Shown: in pieces, positions 10,298 through 21,004 of the stretch
Position numbering within the stretch: the stretch's first letter is position 1
How the letters are laid out: each line of letters opens with the position of its first letter
Sequence record: NZ_CP039562.1
Origin: a plasmid
Direction: 5' to 3' (one strand)
Length of the DNA: 64,000 nt
Made by a program: the position numbers and the translations under genes
Notes under the pieces: model-generated
Database searches by the model: none
The model's input: only the letters and a program-made list of their open reading frames with translations
Told to the model about the DNA's origin: nothing

Positions 10298-10786
10298 TTG
10301 AGTGCAATTATCAGCAAGTGCGGCATGTACAGATACCGTCTGGAAAGGGATGTGCAACCCGAAGGCCTTGTGTTCGGTTATTTTGGTGTAAACGGCTCTA
10401 CGGCCACGGCCACCGAGGACGATCACACGGTCAGAAAGTGGATAGGGTTTACCAAGGTCAACGGAGGGAGGCGATTCATAGTCGGTAATGCTTTTGCTTT
10501 TCGGGCGACCGACGTTCGAGAGCTGGCTACGGCGGTTGATCCTGTCGGGCCTGAAAATGAAATCCACTTGGAAAGGATTATTCGGGATGCTGATGTCTTG
10601 GTGCCCTGCTGGGGGAGCCGAACTAAGCTGCCTAAGTCTTTGCATGTTCATTTGGACAGGCTTTTAGAGCAGCTCGTTGCATCTGGGAAGCCGGTATTGG
10701 CATTTGGCGTGACTGGTTCGGGGGACCCGAAGCACCCACTAATGCTTGGATATTCGACAAAACTTGTGCCCTGGGGAGGAAAATAA
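10298..10786 (+). CDS. hypothetical protein
   Basis: 162-aa ORF. Starts at TTG in the track; an ATG at 10325 is an alternative start. Confidence 0.35.
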   Translation: MSAIISKCGMYRYRLERDVQPEGLVFGYFGVNGSTATATEDDHTVRKWIGFTKVNGGRRFIVGNAFAFRATDVRELATAVDPVGPENEIHLERIIRDADVLVPCWGSRTKLPKSLHVHLDRLLEQLVASGKPVLAFGVTGSGDPKHPLMLGYSTKLVPWGGK

Positions 10787-10788
10787 TT

Positions 10789-11286
10789 ATGTCGATGCTT
10801 GAAGCACGTTACTTCGTGGCAAAGATAAGCGATGCACAGGCCGTGCTCTGCGATGAGGAGCTGGCGACACTGGAAAGGCTGATCCGGAAGGTTGATGATG
10901 GCCGCAGAGCAAATGGCAAGAGCTCGCTTACTTGCGTTGTTGTCGAAGAAGATTGGCCGAACTGGCAGCAAACGGTTGACTCTGTACTTTCACTTGCTGA
11001 CGGGAAAGACAACGATTGGACCAATGCCACACCAGAACAAATCAAGGCCTTTTGGGTCGATGACTCAGTTTGGAAAACTCTGGATGGCCGGGATAAATGG
11101 ATTGAAGATCTCGACCTGCTGGTGGACGGTTCCCCGGTGGCTTCTGAGTGGGAACCTTTTGGCTTGGAATCAGGGCAGTCTGTCGTCATACGAGGCGGAT
11201 GGATAGAAGGGAATGCCTTGAGTGATGATGGCGTACCGCTAGTGCAGGCATTCGTCGCTTGGAAACAGGGCCAAGACAACCACTAA
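10789..11286 (+). CDS. hypothetical protein
   Basis: 165-aa ORF, 3 bp after the previous stop. Confidence 0.4.
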   Translation: MSMLEARYFVAKISDAQAVLCDEELATLERLIRKVDDGRRANGKSSLTCVVVEEDWPNWQQTVDSVLSLADGKDNDWTNATPEQIKAFWVDDSVWKTLDGRDKWIEDLDLLVDGSPVASEWEPFGLESGQSVVIRGGWIEGNALSDDGVPLVQAFVAWKQGQDNH

Positions 11287-11448
11287 AGGAAAATTACTTC
11301 GGAAGGGCGGCTATGGCCGCTTTCTTTTTAATATTTACAGCATCACATAATGATACTATGATGTTGTTAATTTACTTGGGGAGGCGCTTATGCTCACTGC
11401 TAAATGTATAGGGTGCGGATGCACCGATGATCACGCTTGTGTTGAAAA

Positions 11449-12268
11449 GGCACTGTTGCAAAGTTAGCGATGAGGCAGCCTTTTGTCTTATTCAAAGGCC
11501 TTACATTTCAAAAACTCTGCTTACCAGGCGCATTTCGCCCAGGGGATCACCATAATAAAATGCTGAGGCCTGGCCTTTGCGTAGTGCACGCATCACCTCA
11601 ATACCTTTGATGGTGGCGTAAGCCGTCTTCATGGATTTAAATCCCAGCGTGGCGCCGATTATCCGTTTCAGTTTGCCATGATCGCATTCAATCACGTTGT
11701 TCCGGTACTTAATCTGTCGGTGTTCAACGTCAGACGGGCACCGGCCTTCGCGTTTGAGCAGAGCAAGCGCGCGACCATAGGCGGGCGCTTTATCCGTGTT
11801 GATGAATCGCGGGATCTGCCACTTCTTCACGTTGTTGAGGATTTTACCCAGAAACCGGTATGCAGCTTTGCTGTTACGACGGGAGGAGAGATAAAAATCG
11901 ACAGTGCGGCCCCGGCTGTCGACGGCCCGGTACAGATACGCCCAGCGGCCATTGACCTTCACGTAGGTTTCATCCATGTGCCACGGGCAAAGATCGGAAG
12001 GGTTACGCCAGTACCAGCGCAGCCGTTTTTCCATTTCAGGCGCATAACGCTGAACCCAGCGGTAAATCGTGGAGTGATCGACATTCACTCCGCGTTCAGC
12101 CAGCATCTCCTGCAGCTCACGGTAACTGATGCCGTATTTGCAGTACCAGCGTACGGCCCACAGAATGATGTCACGCTGAAAATGCCGGCCTTTGAATGGG
12201 TTCATGTGCAGCTCCATCAGCAAAAGGGGATGATAAGTTTATCACCACCGACTATTTGCAACAGTGCC
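11449..12268 (-). mobile_element. tnpA: IS26 copy 1
   Basis: 820 bp bounded by the 14-bp inverted repeats GGCACTGTTGCAAA. Tnp26 ([18 protein letters not shown]...) encoded at 11501–12205 on the minus strand. No 8-bp target duplication. Confidence 0.95.
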
Positions 12269-12449
12269 GTCCAGCGGATATCAGCGCTGAAAGATGATGG
12301 CTGAGCGTGGAGGCAGGAATCTCAAGGTGCTTCTGCAGTTCGCCAACCGGCAGGCCTTCATGACCCGCCCTGACCAGCTCCCGGTATATGCTGAGACGTG
12401 TCGGGTGGCCCAGTTCTCGAAGTGCGTTTGCAGCAGTGTTTAAATCCAT
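12269..12449 (-). pseudogene. ArsR-family regulator fragment, cut by IS26
   Basis: N-terminal 60 aa with an ArsR-type HTH (ELGHPTRLSIYRELV). The reading frame continues into IS26 sequence. Confidence 0.5.
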
Positions 12450-12692
12450 AATACCTCCTTTATCTATATTTCCAGAATAATAGAAATATAGCCTGCGTCA
12501 ATCGTTTCTGCCGTGAGGGTACCGCTTTCCCAATCATGCTCTGTCCGCCAGGTTATGGGGGGCAGAGCCAGAGCACTACCGAAATCCTTGCGAATACCCG
12601 TGCAGGGAATAATTTCCGCCCCCTTTATGGCCGGAAAAAAAACTGATAAACGTCGCCTTTTCAGAAGGTTGCTTTCTTAACGTGGTTTTTCG

Positions 12693-13512
12693 GGCACTGT
12701 TGCAAATAGTCGGTGGTGATAAACTTATCATCCCCTTTTGCTGATGGAGCTGCACATGAACCCATTCAAAGGCCGGCATTTTCAGCGTGACATCATTCTG
12801 TGGGCCGTACGCTGGTACTGCAAATACGGCATCAGTTACCGTGAGCTGCAGGAGATGCTGGCTGAACGCGGAGTGAATGTCGATCACTCCACGATTTACC
12901 GCTGGGTTCAGCGTTATGCGCCTGAAATGGAAAAACGGCTGCGCTGGTACTGGCGTAACCCTTCCGATCTTTGCCCGTGGCACATGGATGAAACCTACGT
13001 GAAGGTCAATGGCCGCTGGGCGTATCTGTACCGGGCCGTCGACAGCCGGGGCCGCACTGTCGATTTTTATCTCTCCTCCCGTCGTAACAGCAAAGCTGCA
13101 TACCGGTTTCTGGGTAAAATCCTCAACAACGTGAAGAAGTGGCAGATCCCGCGATTCATCAACACGGATAAAGCGCCCGCCTATGGTCGCGCGCTTGCTC
13201 TGCTCAAACGCGAAGGCCGGTGCCCGTCTGACGTTGAACACCGACAGATTAAGTACCGGAACAACGTGATTGAATGCGATCATGGCAAACTGAAACGGAT
13301 AATCGGCGCCACGCTGGGATTTAAATCCATGAAGACGGCTTACGCCACCATCAAAGGTATTGAGGTGATGCGTGCACTACGCAAAGGCCAGGCCTCAGCA
13401 TTTTATTATGGTGATCCCCTGGGCGAAATGCGCCTGGTAAGCAGAGTTTTTGAAATGTAAGGCCTTTGAATAAGACAAAAGGCTGCCTCATCGCTAACTT
13501 TGCAACAGTGCC
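12693..13512 (+). mobile_element. tnpA: IS26 copy 2, inverted relative to copy 1
   Basis: 820 bp with terminal inverted repeats. tnp26 at 12756–13460. 424 bp separate it from copy 1. Confidence 0.95.
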
Positions 13513-13754
13513 GCGCGACGAGCAGCAGCACCAGGAGCAGAAGCACGTCGAGAAAAAGCAACAGCAGATCGAGCAGCGCCCACGGCGGGCCGCTCGCATC
13601 GGATAAGTCGAAAAATCCGGCTAAAGTGGCCGAGCTGCACATCAGGCCGCGCGGTTTTCCTCCCTGATCGCCGGCGCGGTTTCTTCCTCCCTGAACCGCA
13701 TGCAGACTTGCCGCCTCGGACACCCCGAGGCGGTTTTTTTTCGCCTCGCTCGAG

Positions 13755-13966
13755 CATCGCCGCATCCGACGATGCCGAGACGACCAGGCCGCGCACGTCG
13801 AGCTGCAGCATCGCCATTGCCGACGATGGCACCAGGTCGCCGGCGGTGGCCACCGACCTCGAGCTCGCATCGCCACATCCGACGATGCGCGCCGGCGTCG
13901 ACCATCGCCAGGTCTGACGATGGCGGCCGCCCTGCCCTGGATCTCGCATCGCCATTTCTGGCGATG
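13755..13966. repeat. five tandem imperfect palindromes CATCGCC-N6-GACGATG
   Basis: Copies begin at 13755, 13809, 13868, 13904 and 13947, in a GC-rich stretch upstream of the recombinase gene. Confidence 0.5.
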
Positions 13967-14091
13967 AGATCCACGGAGCGGCCATTTAGACCCGCCAATA
14001 ACGACCCGGCCAAGATAAATCGCATGACGGCCTTTTTGGCCGGGGGTAGCATGACCGGACACTTTGCGTATGCCCAAAGGAGCCCGCAAGT

Positions 14092-14829
14092 ATGCGCAGG
14101 ACGAAGCCAGTAGCCGCGCCGATGGTGGCGCGGGTCTATCTGCGCGTCAGCACCGACGCGCAGGACTTGGAACGCCAAGAGGCGATCACTACGGCCGCGA
14201 AGGCCGCCGGCTACTACGTCGCCGGCATCTACCGTGAGAAGGCATCCGGCGCACGCGCCGACCGGCCTGAGCTGCTGCGCATGATCGGCGACCTACAGCC
14301 CGGCGAGGTGGTCATTGCCGAGAAGATCGACCGCATCAGCCGCCTACCTTTGCCCGAGGCCGAGCGCCTGGTGGCCTCGATACAGGCCAAAGGCGCACGC
14401 CTGGCCGTCCCTGGCGTGGTCGATCTATCCGACCTGGCGGCCGAGGCCCAGGGCGTCGCCAAGATCGTGCTGGAAGCCGTGCAGATCATGCTTTTTCGCC
14501 TGGCCTTGCAGATGGCCCGCGACGACTACGAGGACAGGCGCGAACGCCAGCGCCAAGGCATTGAGTTGGCCCGCCAGGCCGGGCGGTACAAGGGCCGCCG
14601 TGCTGATCCGAAGCGCCGCGCCCAAGTTGTCGCGCTGCGCAAGTCCGGCTACAGCATCAACAAGACCGCCGAGCTGGCCGGGTACAGTGCGGCCCAGGTG
14701 AAACGGATATGGGCCGAGGTCAGCCAGGCCGAAGCGAAGCAGCACGGCGCGTTCGTGGAGGACGCATTGACGGAAGCCGATGCCCTGGCCGCTGTCGGCC
14801 AGGATGAGCGCCAGGAGGAAAGGGCATGA
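14092..14829 (+). CDS. serine recombinase (resolvase/invertase family)
   Basis: AAGGAG ribosome-binding site. N-terminal catalytic motif RVYLRVSTDAQ. C-terminal HTH. Confidence 0.7.
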   Translation: MRRTKPVAAPMVARVYLRVSTDAQDLERQEAITTAAKAAGYYVAGIYREKASGARADRPELLRMIGDLQPGEVVIAEKIDRISRLPLPEAERLVASIQAKGARLAVPGVVDLSDLAAEAQGVAKIVLEAVQIMLFRLALQMARDDYEDRRERQRQGIELARQAGRYKGRRADPKRRAQVVALRKSGYSINKTAELAGYSAAQVKRIWAEVSQAEAKQHGAFVEDALTEADALAAVGQDERQEERA

Positions 14830-15137
14830 AGAAGCCGAACCAAGACGACGAGCCGTTTTTCATCACCGAGGAGATTGCGGCCGAAATGATCGCCGGCGGC
14901 TATGAGTTCGAGCTGCCGCCCATTCCTTGCACCATCCGCCTACGCGACGTGCTGGAGCGCATGACCGATGCTGAGCTAGCATTGCAGCCGGGCGAGATCG
15001 CCGACCAGGAGCGTGAACGCTGCCGGCGCAAGCCGTGTTCAACCTCATGATCTGGTCATGGTATTTTTCATGGCACTGAGCCTGATAGTTCTTGCAAATT
15101 GTTGTCACTAAAGGGTTTTGTGTGCTTGTTTACAATC

Positions 15138-16985
15138 GAGTGGGAGTGACGGGCACTGGCTGGCAATGTCTAGCAACGGCAGGCATTTCGGCTGAGGGTA
15201 AAAGAACTTTCCGCTAAGCGATAGACTGTATGTAAACACAGTATTGCAAGGACGCGGAACATGCCTCATGTGGCGGCCAGGACGGCCAGCCGGGATCGGG
15301 ATACTGGTCGTTACCAGAGCCACCGACCCGAGCAAACCCTTCTCTATCAGATCGTTGACGAGTATTACCCGGCATTCGCTGCGCTTATGGCAGAGCAGGG
15401 AAAGGAATTGCCGGGCTATGTGCAACGGGAATTTGAAGAATTTCTCCAATGCGGGCGGCTGGAGCATGGCTTTCTACGGGTTCGCTGCGAGTCTTGCCAC
15501 GCCGAGCACCTGGTCGCTTTCAGCTGTAAGCGTCGCGGTTTCTGCCCGAGCTGTGGGGCGCGGCGGATGGCCGAAAGTGCCGCCTTGCTGGTTGATGAAG
15601 TACTGCCTGAACAACCCATGCGTCAGTGGGTGTTGAGCTTCCCGTTTCAGCTGCGTTTCCTGTTTGCCAGCCGGCCCGAGATCATGGGGTGGGTGCTGGG
15701 CATCGTTTACCGCGTCATTGCCACGCACCTGGTCAAGAAAGCGGGCCATACCCACCAAGTGGCCAAGACGGGCGCGGTCACCCTGATCCAGCGTTTTGGA
15801 TCGGCGCTCAATCTGAATGTTCACTTCCACATGCTGTTTCTCGACGGTGTGTATGTCGAGCAATCCCACGGCTCAGCGCGTTTCCGCTGGGTCAAGGCGC
15901 CGACCAGCCCAGAGCTCACCCAGCTGACGCACACCATCGCCCACCGGGTGGGTCGCTATCTGGAACGGCAAGGCCTGCTGGAACGGGATGTCGAAAACAG
16001 CTATCTGGCCTCGGATGCGGTGGATGACGACCCGATGACACCCCTGCTGGGGCACTCGATCACTTACCGTATCGCTGTCGGTTCACAGGCGGGGCGAAAG
16101 GTGTTCACTTTGCAAACTCTGCCGACCAGTGGTGATCCGTTCGGTGACGGGATTGGCAAGGTAGCCGGGTCCAGCCTGCACGCCGGCGTGGCGGCCAGGG
16201 CCGATGAACGCAAGAAGCTCGAACGGCTGTGCCGGTACATCAGCCGCCCGGCGGTATCCGAGAAGCGGCTGTCGTTAACACGAGGCGGCAACGTGCGCTA
16301 CCAGCTCAAGACGCCGTACCGGGACGGCACCACGCACGTCATTTTCGAACCATTGGATTTCATTGCAAGGCTGGCCGCCCTGGTACCGAAGCCCAGAGTC
16401 AACCTAACCCGCTTCCACGGGGTGTTCGCACCCAACAGTCGGCACCGGGCGTTGGTCACGCCGGCAAAACGGGGCAGGGGCAACAAGGTCAGGGTGGCTG
16501 ATGAACCGGCAACACCAGCACAACGGCGAGCGTCGATGACATGGGCGCAACGGCTCAAGCGTGTTTTCAATATCGACATCGAGACCTGCAGCGGCTGCGG
16601 CGGCGCCATGAAAGTCATCGCCTGCATTGAAGACCCTATAGTGATCAAGCAGATCCTTGATCACCTGAAGCACAAAGCCGAAACCAGCGGGACCAGGGCG
16701 TTACCCGAAAGCCGGGCGCCACCGGCTGAGCTGCTCCTGGGTCTGTTTGACTGACGAGCCTGAAGGCCAACGATACCAATCAAAATGCTGCGTTCACAGC
16801 GCCGCGGCAGGGATCCGCCGTGCTGGTTGTCGGAAAAGGAGCCGCTAGTGGGAAAGAGGAGGGTAAATTTTCAGCGTTGCTGGCTCCCCGTCAGCCGGAT
16901 TGGGTTGCATCGCAGGGGTGTCGAAAGAGTCAACTGCGGTCCAAAGCTGTTGGACTTGGGTGAAAAGGGCGTTTATTCTTCCTAT
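15138..16985 (+). mobile_element. ISCR2
   Basis: The 497-aa product (15261–16754) matches the Rcr2 IS91-like rolling-circle transposase of ISCR2. Candidate oriIS near 16966–16987 (GGGCGTTTATTCTTCCTATAC). The 5' 309 bp are repeated at 19428–19736. Confidence 0.85.
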
Positions 16986-17669
16986 ACGTGCCGCGTTCCA
17001 GGCGGCGACTATGAGGGCTATGTCGATGCCCATGTGCGCCGGCTGGAGGCGCTACGCCGGGCCGGTATCGTCGAGCGGATCGACGCCGACCAATGGCGCA
17101 TCCCCGATGATCTGGTCAGCCGTGCCGCCGCCCATGACGCCGGCCGAGACAGTCAGGCCAGCGTTCGCGTCCTTTCCCCGGTCGATCTGAACAAACAGAT
17201 CGGATCGGACGGCGCGACCTGGCTGGACCGGCGGCTGATCCACGGCGAGACGGCCGACCTTGCGCCAACCGGCTTCGGGCAACAAGTCCGCGAAGCCATG
17301 GACCAGCGCCGCGAGCACCATATCGAACAGGGCGACGCCACCCGCAGCCGGGACAGCCGCGTCTTCTACCGGCGCAACCTTCTCGCCATCCTGCGGGAGC
17401 GCGAGGTAGTCGGCGTCGGATCGGATATGGCTTTGAGTAAGGGCCTGCCGTTCCGCGCCGCCACGGACGGCGAGAGCGTCAGCGGCAAGTTTACCGGAAC
17501 CGTGCATCTATCGAGCGGCAAGTTCGCCGTGGTCGAGAAATCCCATGAGTTCACCCTTGTCCCGTGGCGGCCGATCATCGACCGCCAACTCGGCCGCGAG
17601 GTTATGGGCATCGTGCAGGGCGGGTCGGTGTCGTGGCAGTTAGGGCGGCAGAGGGGGCTGGAACGCTGA
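16785..17669 (+). pseudogene. VirD2-like relaxase fragment usually found between ISCR2 and floR
   Basis: Its position in the ISCR2–floR module matches published contexts. I could not confirm the assignment from motifs. Confidence 0.4.
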
Positions 17670-17885
17670 GTGCGCCCATGCCGCATTGCGAAGCAAAAGA
17701 TAATCGGATAAAATGTAGCAATTCATATTCGTAAGCGTGGAGTAATCAGATGGGAAATTCCAAGTCAGCAGACAAGTAAGCCGCAACAACCAGTATTGTT
17801 GTTGCGGCGCTCTGTAAGGCTAGTCTCATCTGATTGCTGACGAGCAGACGTCGCCCGGTATTCCTTAATCGAGGGTTGATTCGTC

Positions 17886-19100
17886 ATGACCACCACACGC
17901 CCCGCGTGGGCCTATACGCTGCCGGCAGCACTGCTGCTGATGGCTCCTTTCGACATCCTCGCTTCACTGGCGATGGATATTTATCTCCCTGTCGTTCCAG
18001 CGATGCCCGGCATCCTGAACACGACGCCCGCTATGATCCAACTCACGTTGAGCCTCTATATGGTGATGCTCGGCGTGGGCCAGGTGATTTTTGGTCCGCT
18101 CTCAGACAGAATCGGGCGACGGCCAATTCTACTTGCGGGCGCAACGGCTTTCGTCATTGCGTCTCTGGGAGCAGCTTGGTCTTCAACTGCACCGGCCTTT
18201 GTCGCTTTCCGTCTACTTCAAGCAGTGGGCGCGTCGGCCATGCTGGTGGCGACGTTCGCGACGGTTCGCGACGTTTATGCCAACCGTCCTGAGGGTGTCG
18301 TCATCTACGGCCTTTTCAGTTCGGTGCTGGCGTTCGTGCCTGCGCTCGGCCCTATCGCCGGAGCATGGATCGGCGAGTTCTTGGGATGGCAGGCGATATT
18401 CATTACTTTGGCTATACTGGCGATGCTCGCACTCCTAAATGCGGGTTTCAGGTGGCACGAAACCCGCCCTCTGGATCAAGTCAAGACGCGCCGATCTGTC
18501 TTGCCGATCTTCGCGAGTCCGGCTTTTTGGGTTTACACTGTCGGCTTTAGCGCCGGTATGGGCACCTACTTCGTCTTCTTCTCGACGGCTCCCCGTGTGC
18601 TCATAGGCCAAGCGGAATATTCCGAGATCGGATTCAGCTTTGCCTTCGCCACTGTCGCGCTTGTAATGATCGTGACAACCCGTTTCGCGAAGTCCTTTGT
18701 CGCCAGATGGGGCATCGCAGGATGCGTGGCGCGTGGGATGGCGTTGCTTGTTTGCGGAGCGGTCCTGTTGGGGATCGGCGAACTTTACGGCTCGCCGTCA
18801 TTCCTCACCTTCATCCTACCGATGTGGGTTGTCGCGGTCGGTATTGTCTTCACGGTGTCCGTTACCGCGAACGGCGCTTTGGCAGAGTTCGACGACATCG
18901 CGGGATCAGCGGTCGCGTTCTACTTCTGCGTTCAAAGCCTGATAGTCAGCATTGTCGGGACATTGGCGGTGGCACTTTTAAACGGTGACACAGCGTGGCC
19001 CGTGATCTGTTACGCCACGGCGATGGCGGTACTGGTTTCGTTGGGGCTGGTGCTCCTTCGGCTCCGTGGGGCTGCCACCGAGAAGTCGCCAGTCGTCTAA
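17886..19100 (+). CDS. floR: florfenicol/chloramphenicol efflux MFS transporter FloR
   Basis: 404 aa beginning MTTTRPAWAYTLPAALLLMAPFDILASLAMDIYLPVVP, which I recognise as FloR. Confidence 0.95.
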   Translation: MTTTRPAWAYTLPAALLLMAPFDILASLAMDIYLPVVPAMPGILNTTPAMIQLTLSLYMVMLGVGQVIFGPLSDRIGRRPILLAGATAFVIASLGAAWSSTAPAFVAFRLLQAVGASAMLVATFATVRDVYANRPEGVVIYGLFSSVLAFVPALGPIAGAWIGEFLGWQAIFITLAILAMLALLNAGFRWHETRPLDQVKTRRSVLPIFASPAFWVYTVGFSAGMGTYFVFFSTAPRVLIGQAEYSEIGFSFAFATVALVMIVTTRFAKSFVARWGIAGCVARGMALLVCGAVLLGIGELYGSPSFLTFILPMWVVAVGIVFTVSVTANGALAEFDDIAGSAVAFYFCVQSLIVSIVGTLAVALLNGDTAWPVICYATAMAVLVSLGLVLLRLRGAATEKSPVV

Positions 19101-19127
19101 CCGACGACTGGTAGCAGGCCCGCTCCG

Positions 19128-19433
19128 ATGCGGCGCACTAACCATCGAAACCTCGTGAATGTCGGTATCCTGTCTGGCAGGATACCGCTCATTTCCCTTG
19201 TTCAGTTCATCGCCGTCGCCGAGCATCTGAATTTTCGGCATGCGGCCAAGGCACTTGGTATCAGCCAGTCGAGCGTCAGCGCGCGTGTGAAAGCGCTGGA
19301 GGATAACCTTGGTGTCCTGCTATTTGAGCGCCATGCGCGGGGCGTTCGGCTAACAGACGCAGGCAGGCACTTCATGGAGCGTGTCACGGCGGGTGTCGAT
19401 CAACTCGATCACGCAGTGAAGACCGCGGAGTGA
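19128..19433 (+). pseudogene. LysR-family regulator, N-terminal fragment
   Basis: LysR-type HTH (FRHAAKALGISQSSVSARVKALE). Truncated at the junction with the partial ISCR2. Confidence 0.6.
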
Positions 19434-19736
19434 CGGGCACTGGCTGGCAATGTCTAGCAACGGCAGGCATTTCGGCTGAGGGTAAAAGAACTTTCCGCTA
19501 AGCGATAGACTGTATGTAAACACAGTATTGCAAGGACGCGGAACATGCCTCATGTGGCGGCCAGGACGGCCAGCCGGGATCGGGATACTGGTCGTTACCA
19601 GAGCCACCGACCCGAGCAAACCCTTCTCTATCAGATCGTTGACGAGTATTACCCGGCATTCGCTGCGCTTATGGCAGAGCAGGGAAAGGAATTGCCGGGC
19701 TATGTGCAACGGGAATTTGAAGAATTTCTCCAAAGC
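19428..19736 (+). mobile_element. partial ISCR2 (5' 309 bp)
   Basis: Identical to 15138–15446. Ends inside the tetA 3' end. Confidence 0.8.
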
Positions 19737-20899
19737 CCGCGACGCAGCGCCGGCAGGCAGAGCAAGTAGAGGGCAGCGCCTGCAATCCATGCCCACCCGT
19801 TCCACGTTGTTATAGAAGCCGCATAGATCGCCGTGAAGAGGAGGGGTCCGACGATCGAGGTCAGGCTGGTGAGCGCCGCCAGTGAGCCTTGCAGCTGCCC
19901 CTGACGTTCCTCATCCACCTGCCTGGACAACATTGCTTGCAGCGCCGGCATTCCGATGCCACCCGAAGCAAGCAGGACCATGATCGGGAACGCCATCCAT
20001 CCCCGTGTCGCGAAGGCAAGCAGGATGTAGCCTGTGCCGTCGGCAATCATTCCGAGCATGAGTGCCCGCCTTTCGCCGAGCCGGGCGGCTACAGGGCCGG
20101 TGATCATTGCCTGGGCGAGTGAATGCAGAATGCCAAATGCGGCAAGCGAAATGCCGATCGTGGTCGCGTCCCAGTGAAAGCGATCCTCGCCGAAAATGAC
20201 CCAAAGCGCGGCCGGCACCTGTCCGACAAGTTGCATGATGAAGAAGACCGCCATCAGGGCGGCGACGACGGTCATGCCCCGGGCCCACCGGAACGAAGCG
20301 AGCGGGTTGAGAGCCTCCCGGCGTAACGGCCGGCGTTCGCCTTTGTGCGACTCCGGCAAAAGGAAACAGCCCGTCAGGAAATTGAGGCCGTTCAAGGCTG
20401 CCGCGGCGAAGAACGGAGCGTGGGGGGAGAAACCGCCCATCAGCCCACCGAGCACAGGTCCCGCGACCATCCCGAACCCGAAACAGGCGCTCATGAAGCC
20501 GAAGTGCCGCGCGCGCTCATCGCCATCAGTGATATCGGCAATATAAGCGCCGGCTACCGCCCCAGTCGCCCCGGTGATGCCGGCCACGATCCGCCCGATA
20601 TAGAGAACCCAAAGGAAAGGCGCCGTCGCCATGATGGCGTAGTCGACAGCAGCGCCGGCCAGCGAGACGAGCAAGACCGGCCGCCGCCCGAAACGATCCG
20701 ACAGCGCGCCCAGCACAGGTGCGCAGGCAAATTGCATCAACGCATACAGCGCCAGCAGAATGCCATAGTGGGCGGTGACGTCGTTCGAGTGAACCAGATC
20801 GCGCAGGAGGCCCGGCAGCACCGGCATAATCAGGCCGATGCCGACAGCGTCGAGCGCGACAGTGCTCAGAATTACGATCAGGGGTCTGTTGGGTTTCAC
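19700..20899 (-). CDS. tetA(A): tetracycline efflux protein TetA(A), with its last 9 codons replaced
   Basis: Matches Tn1721 TetA(A) from (V)KPNRPLIVILST to ...ALRRGLW. The C-terminal 9 aa read RNSSNSRCT, read from the adjoining ISCR2 fragment. GTG start inferred at 20899. Confidence 0.9.
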   Translation of the reverse strand: MKPNRPLIVILSTVALDAVGIGLIMPVLPGLLRDLVHSNDVTAHYGILLALYALMQFACAPVLGALSDRFGRRPVLLVSLAGAAVDYAIMATAPFLWVLYIGRIVAGITGATGAVAGAYIADITDGDERARHFGFMSACFGFGMVAGPVLGGLMGGFSPHAPFFAAAALNGLNFLTGCFLLPESHKGERRPLRREALNPLASFRWARGMTVVAALMAVFFIMQLVGQVPAALWVIFGEDRFHWDATTIGISLAAFGILHSLAQAMITGPVAARLGERRALMLGMIADGTGYILLAFATRGWMAFPIMVLLASGGIGMPALQAMLSRQVDEERQGQLQGSLAALTSLTSIVGPLLFTAIYAASITTWNGWAWIAGAALYLLCLPALRRGLWRNSSNSRCT

Positions 20900-21004
20900 G
20901 TCTGGCCTCCGGACCAGCCTCCGCTGGTCCGATTGAACGCGCGGATTCTTTATCACTGATAAGTTGGTGGACATATTATGTTTATCAGTGATAAAGTGTC
21001 AAGC

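Noticed and set aside
11678-12304. Long ORFs antisense to tnp26 in every IS26 copy (the recurring 'MIAFNHVVPVLNLSV...' protein), and those antisense within ISCR2, floR, tetA, blaCTX-M and the Tn1721 tnpA.
   Set aside because: They are exactly co-extensive with well-known genes on the other strand and recur only because the IS is repeated. Treated as frame artefacts.
13406-14178. Several 160–230-aa overlapping ORFs on both strands in the GC-rich stretch after IS26 copy 2.
   Set aside because: Very high GC makes long stop-free frames common. No start or RBS context and no recognisable domains. The region is better explained by the tandem palindrome array.
16785-17669. A functional stand-alone gene for this ORF.
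   Set aside because: Its position and published contexts suggest a truncated relaxase remnant. No intact catalytic motifs recognised, so it is kept as a low-confidence pseudogene.
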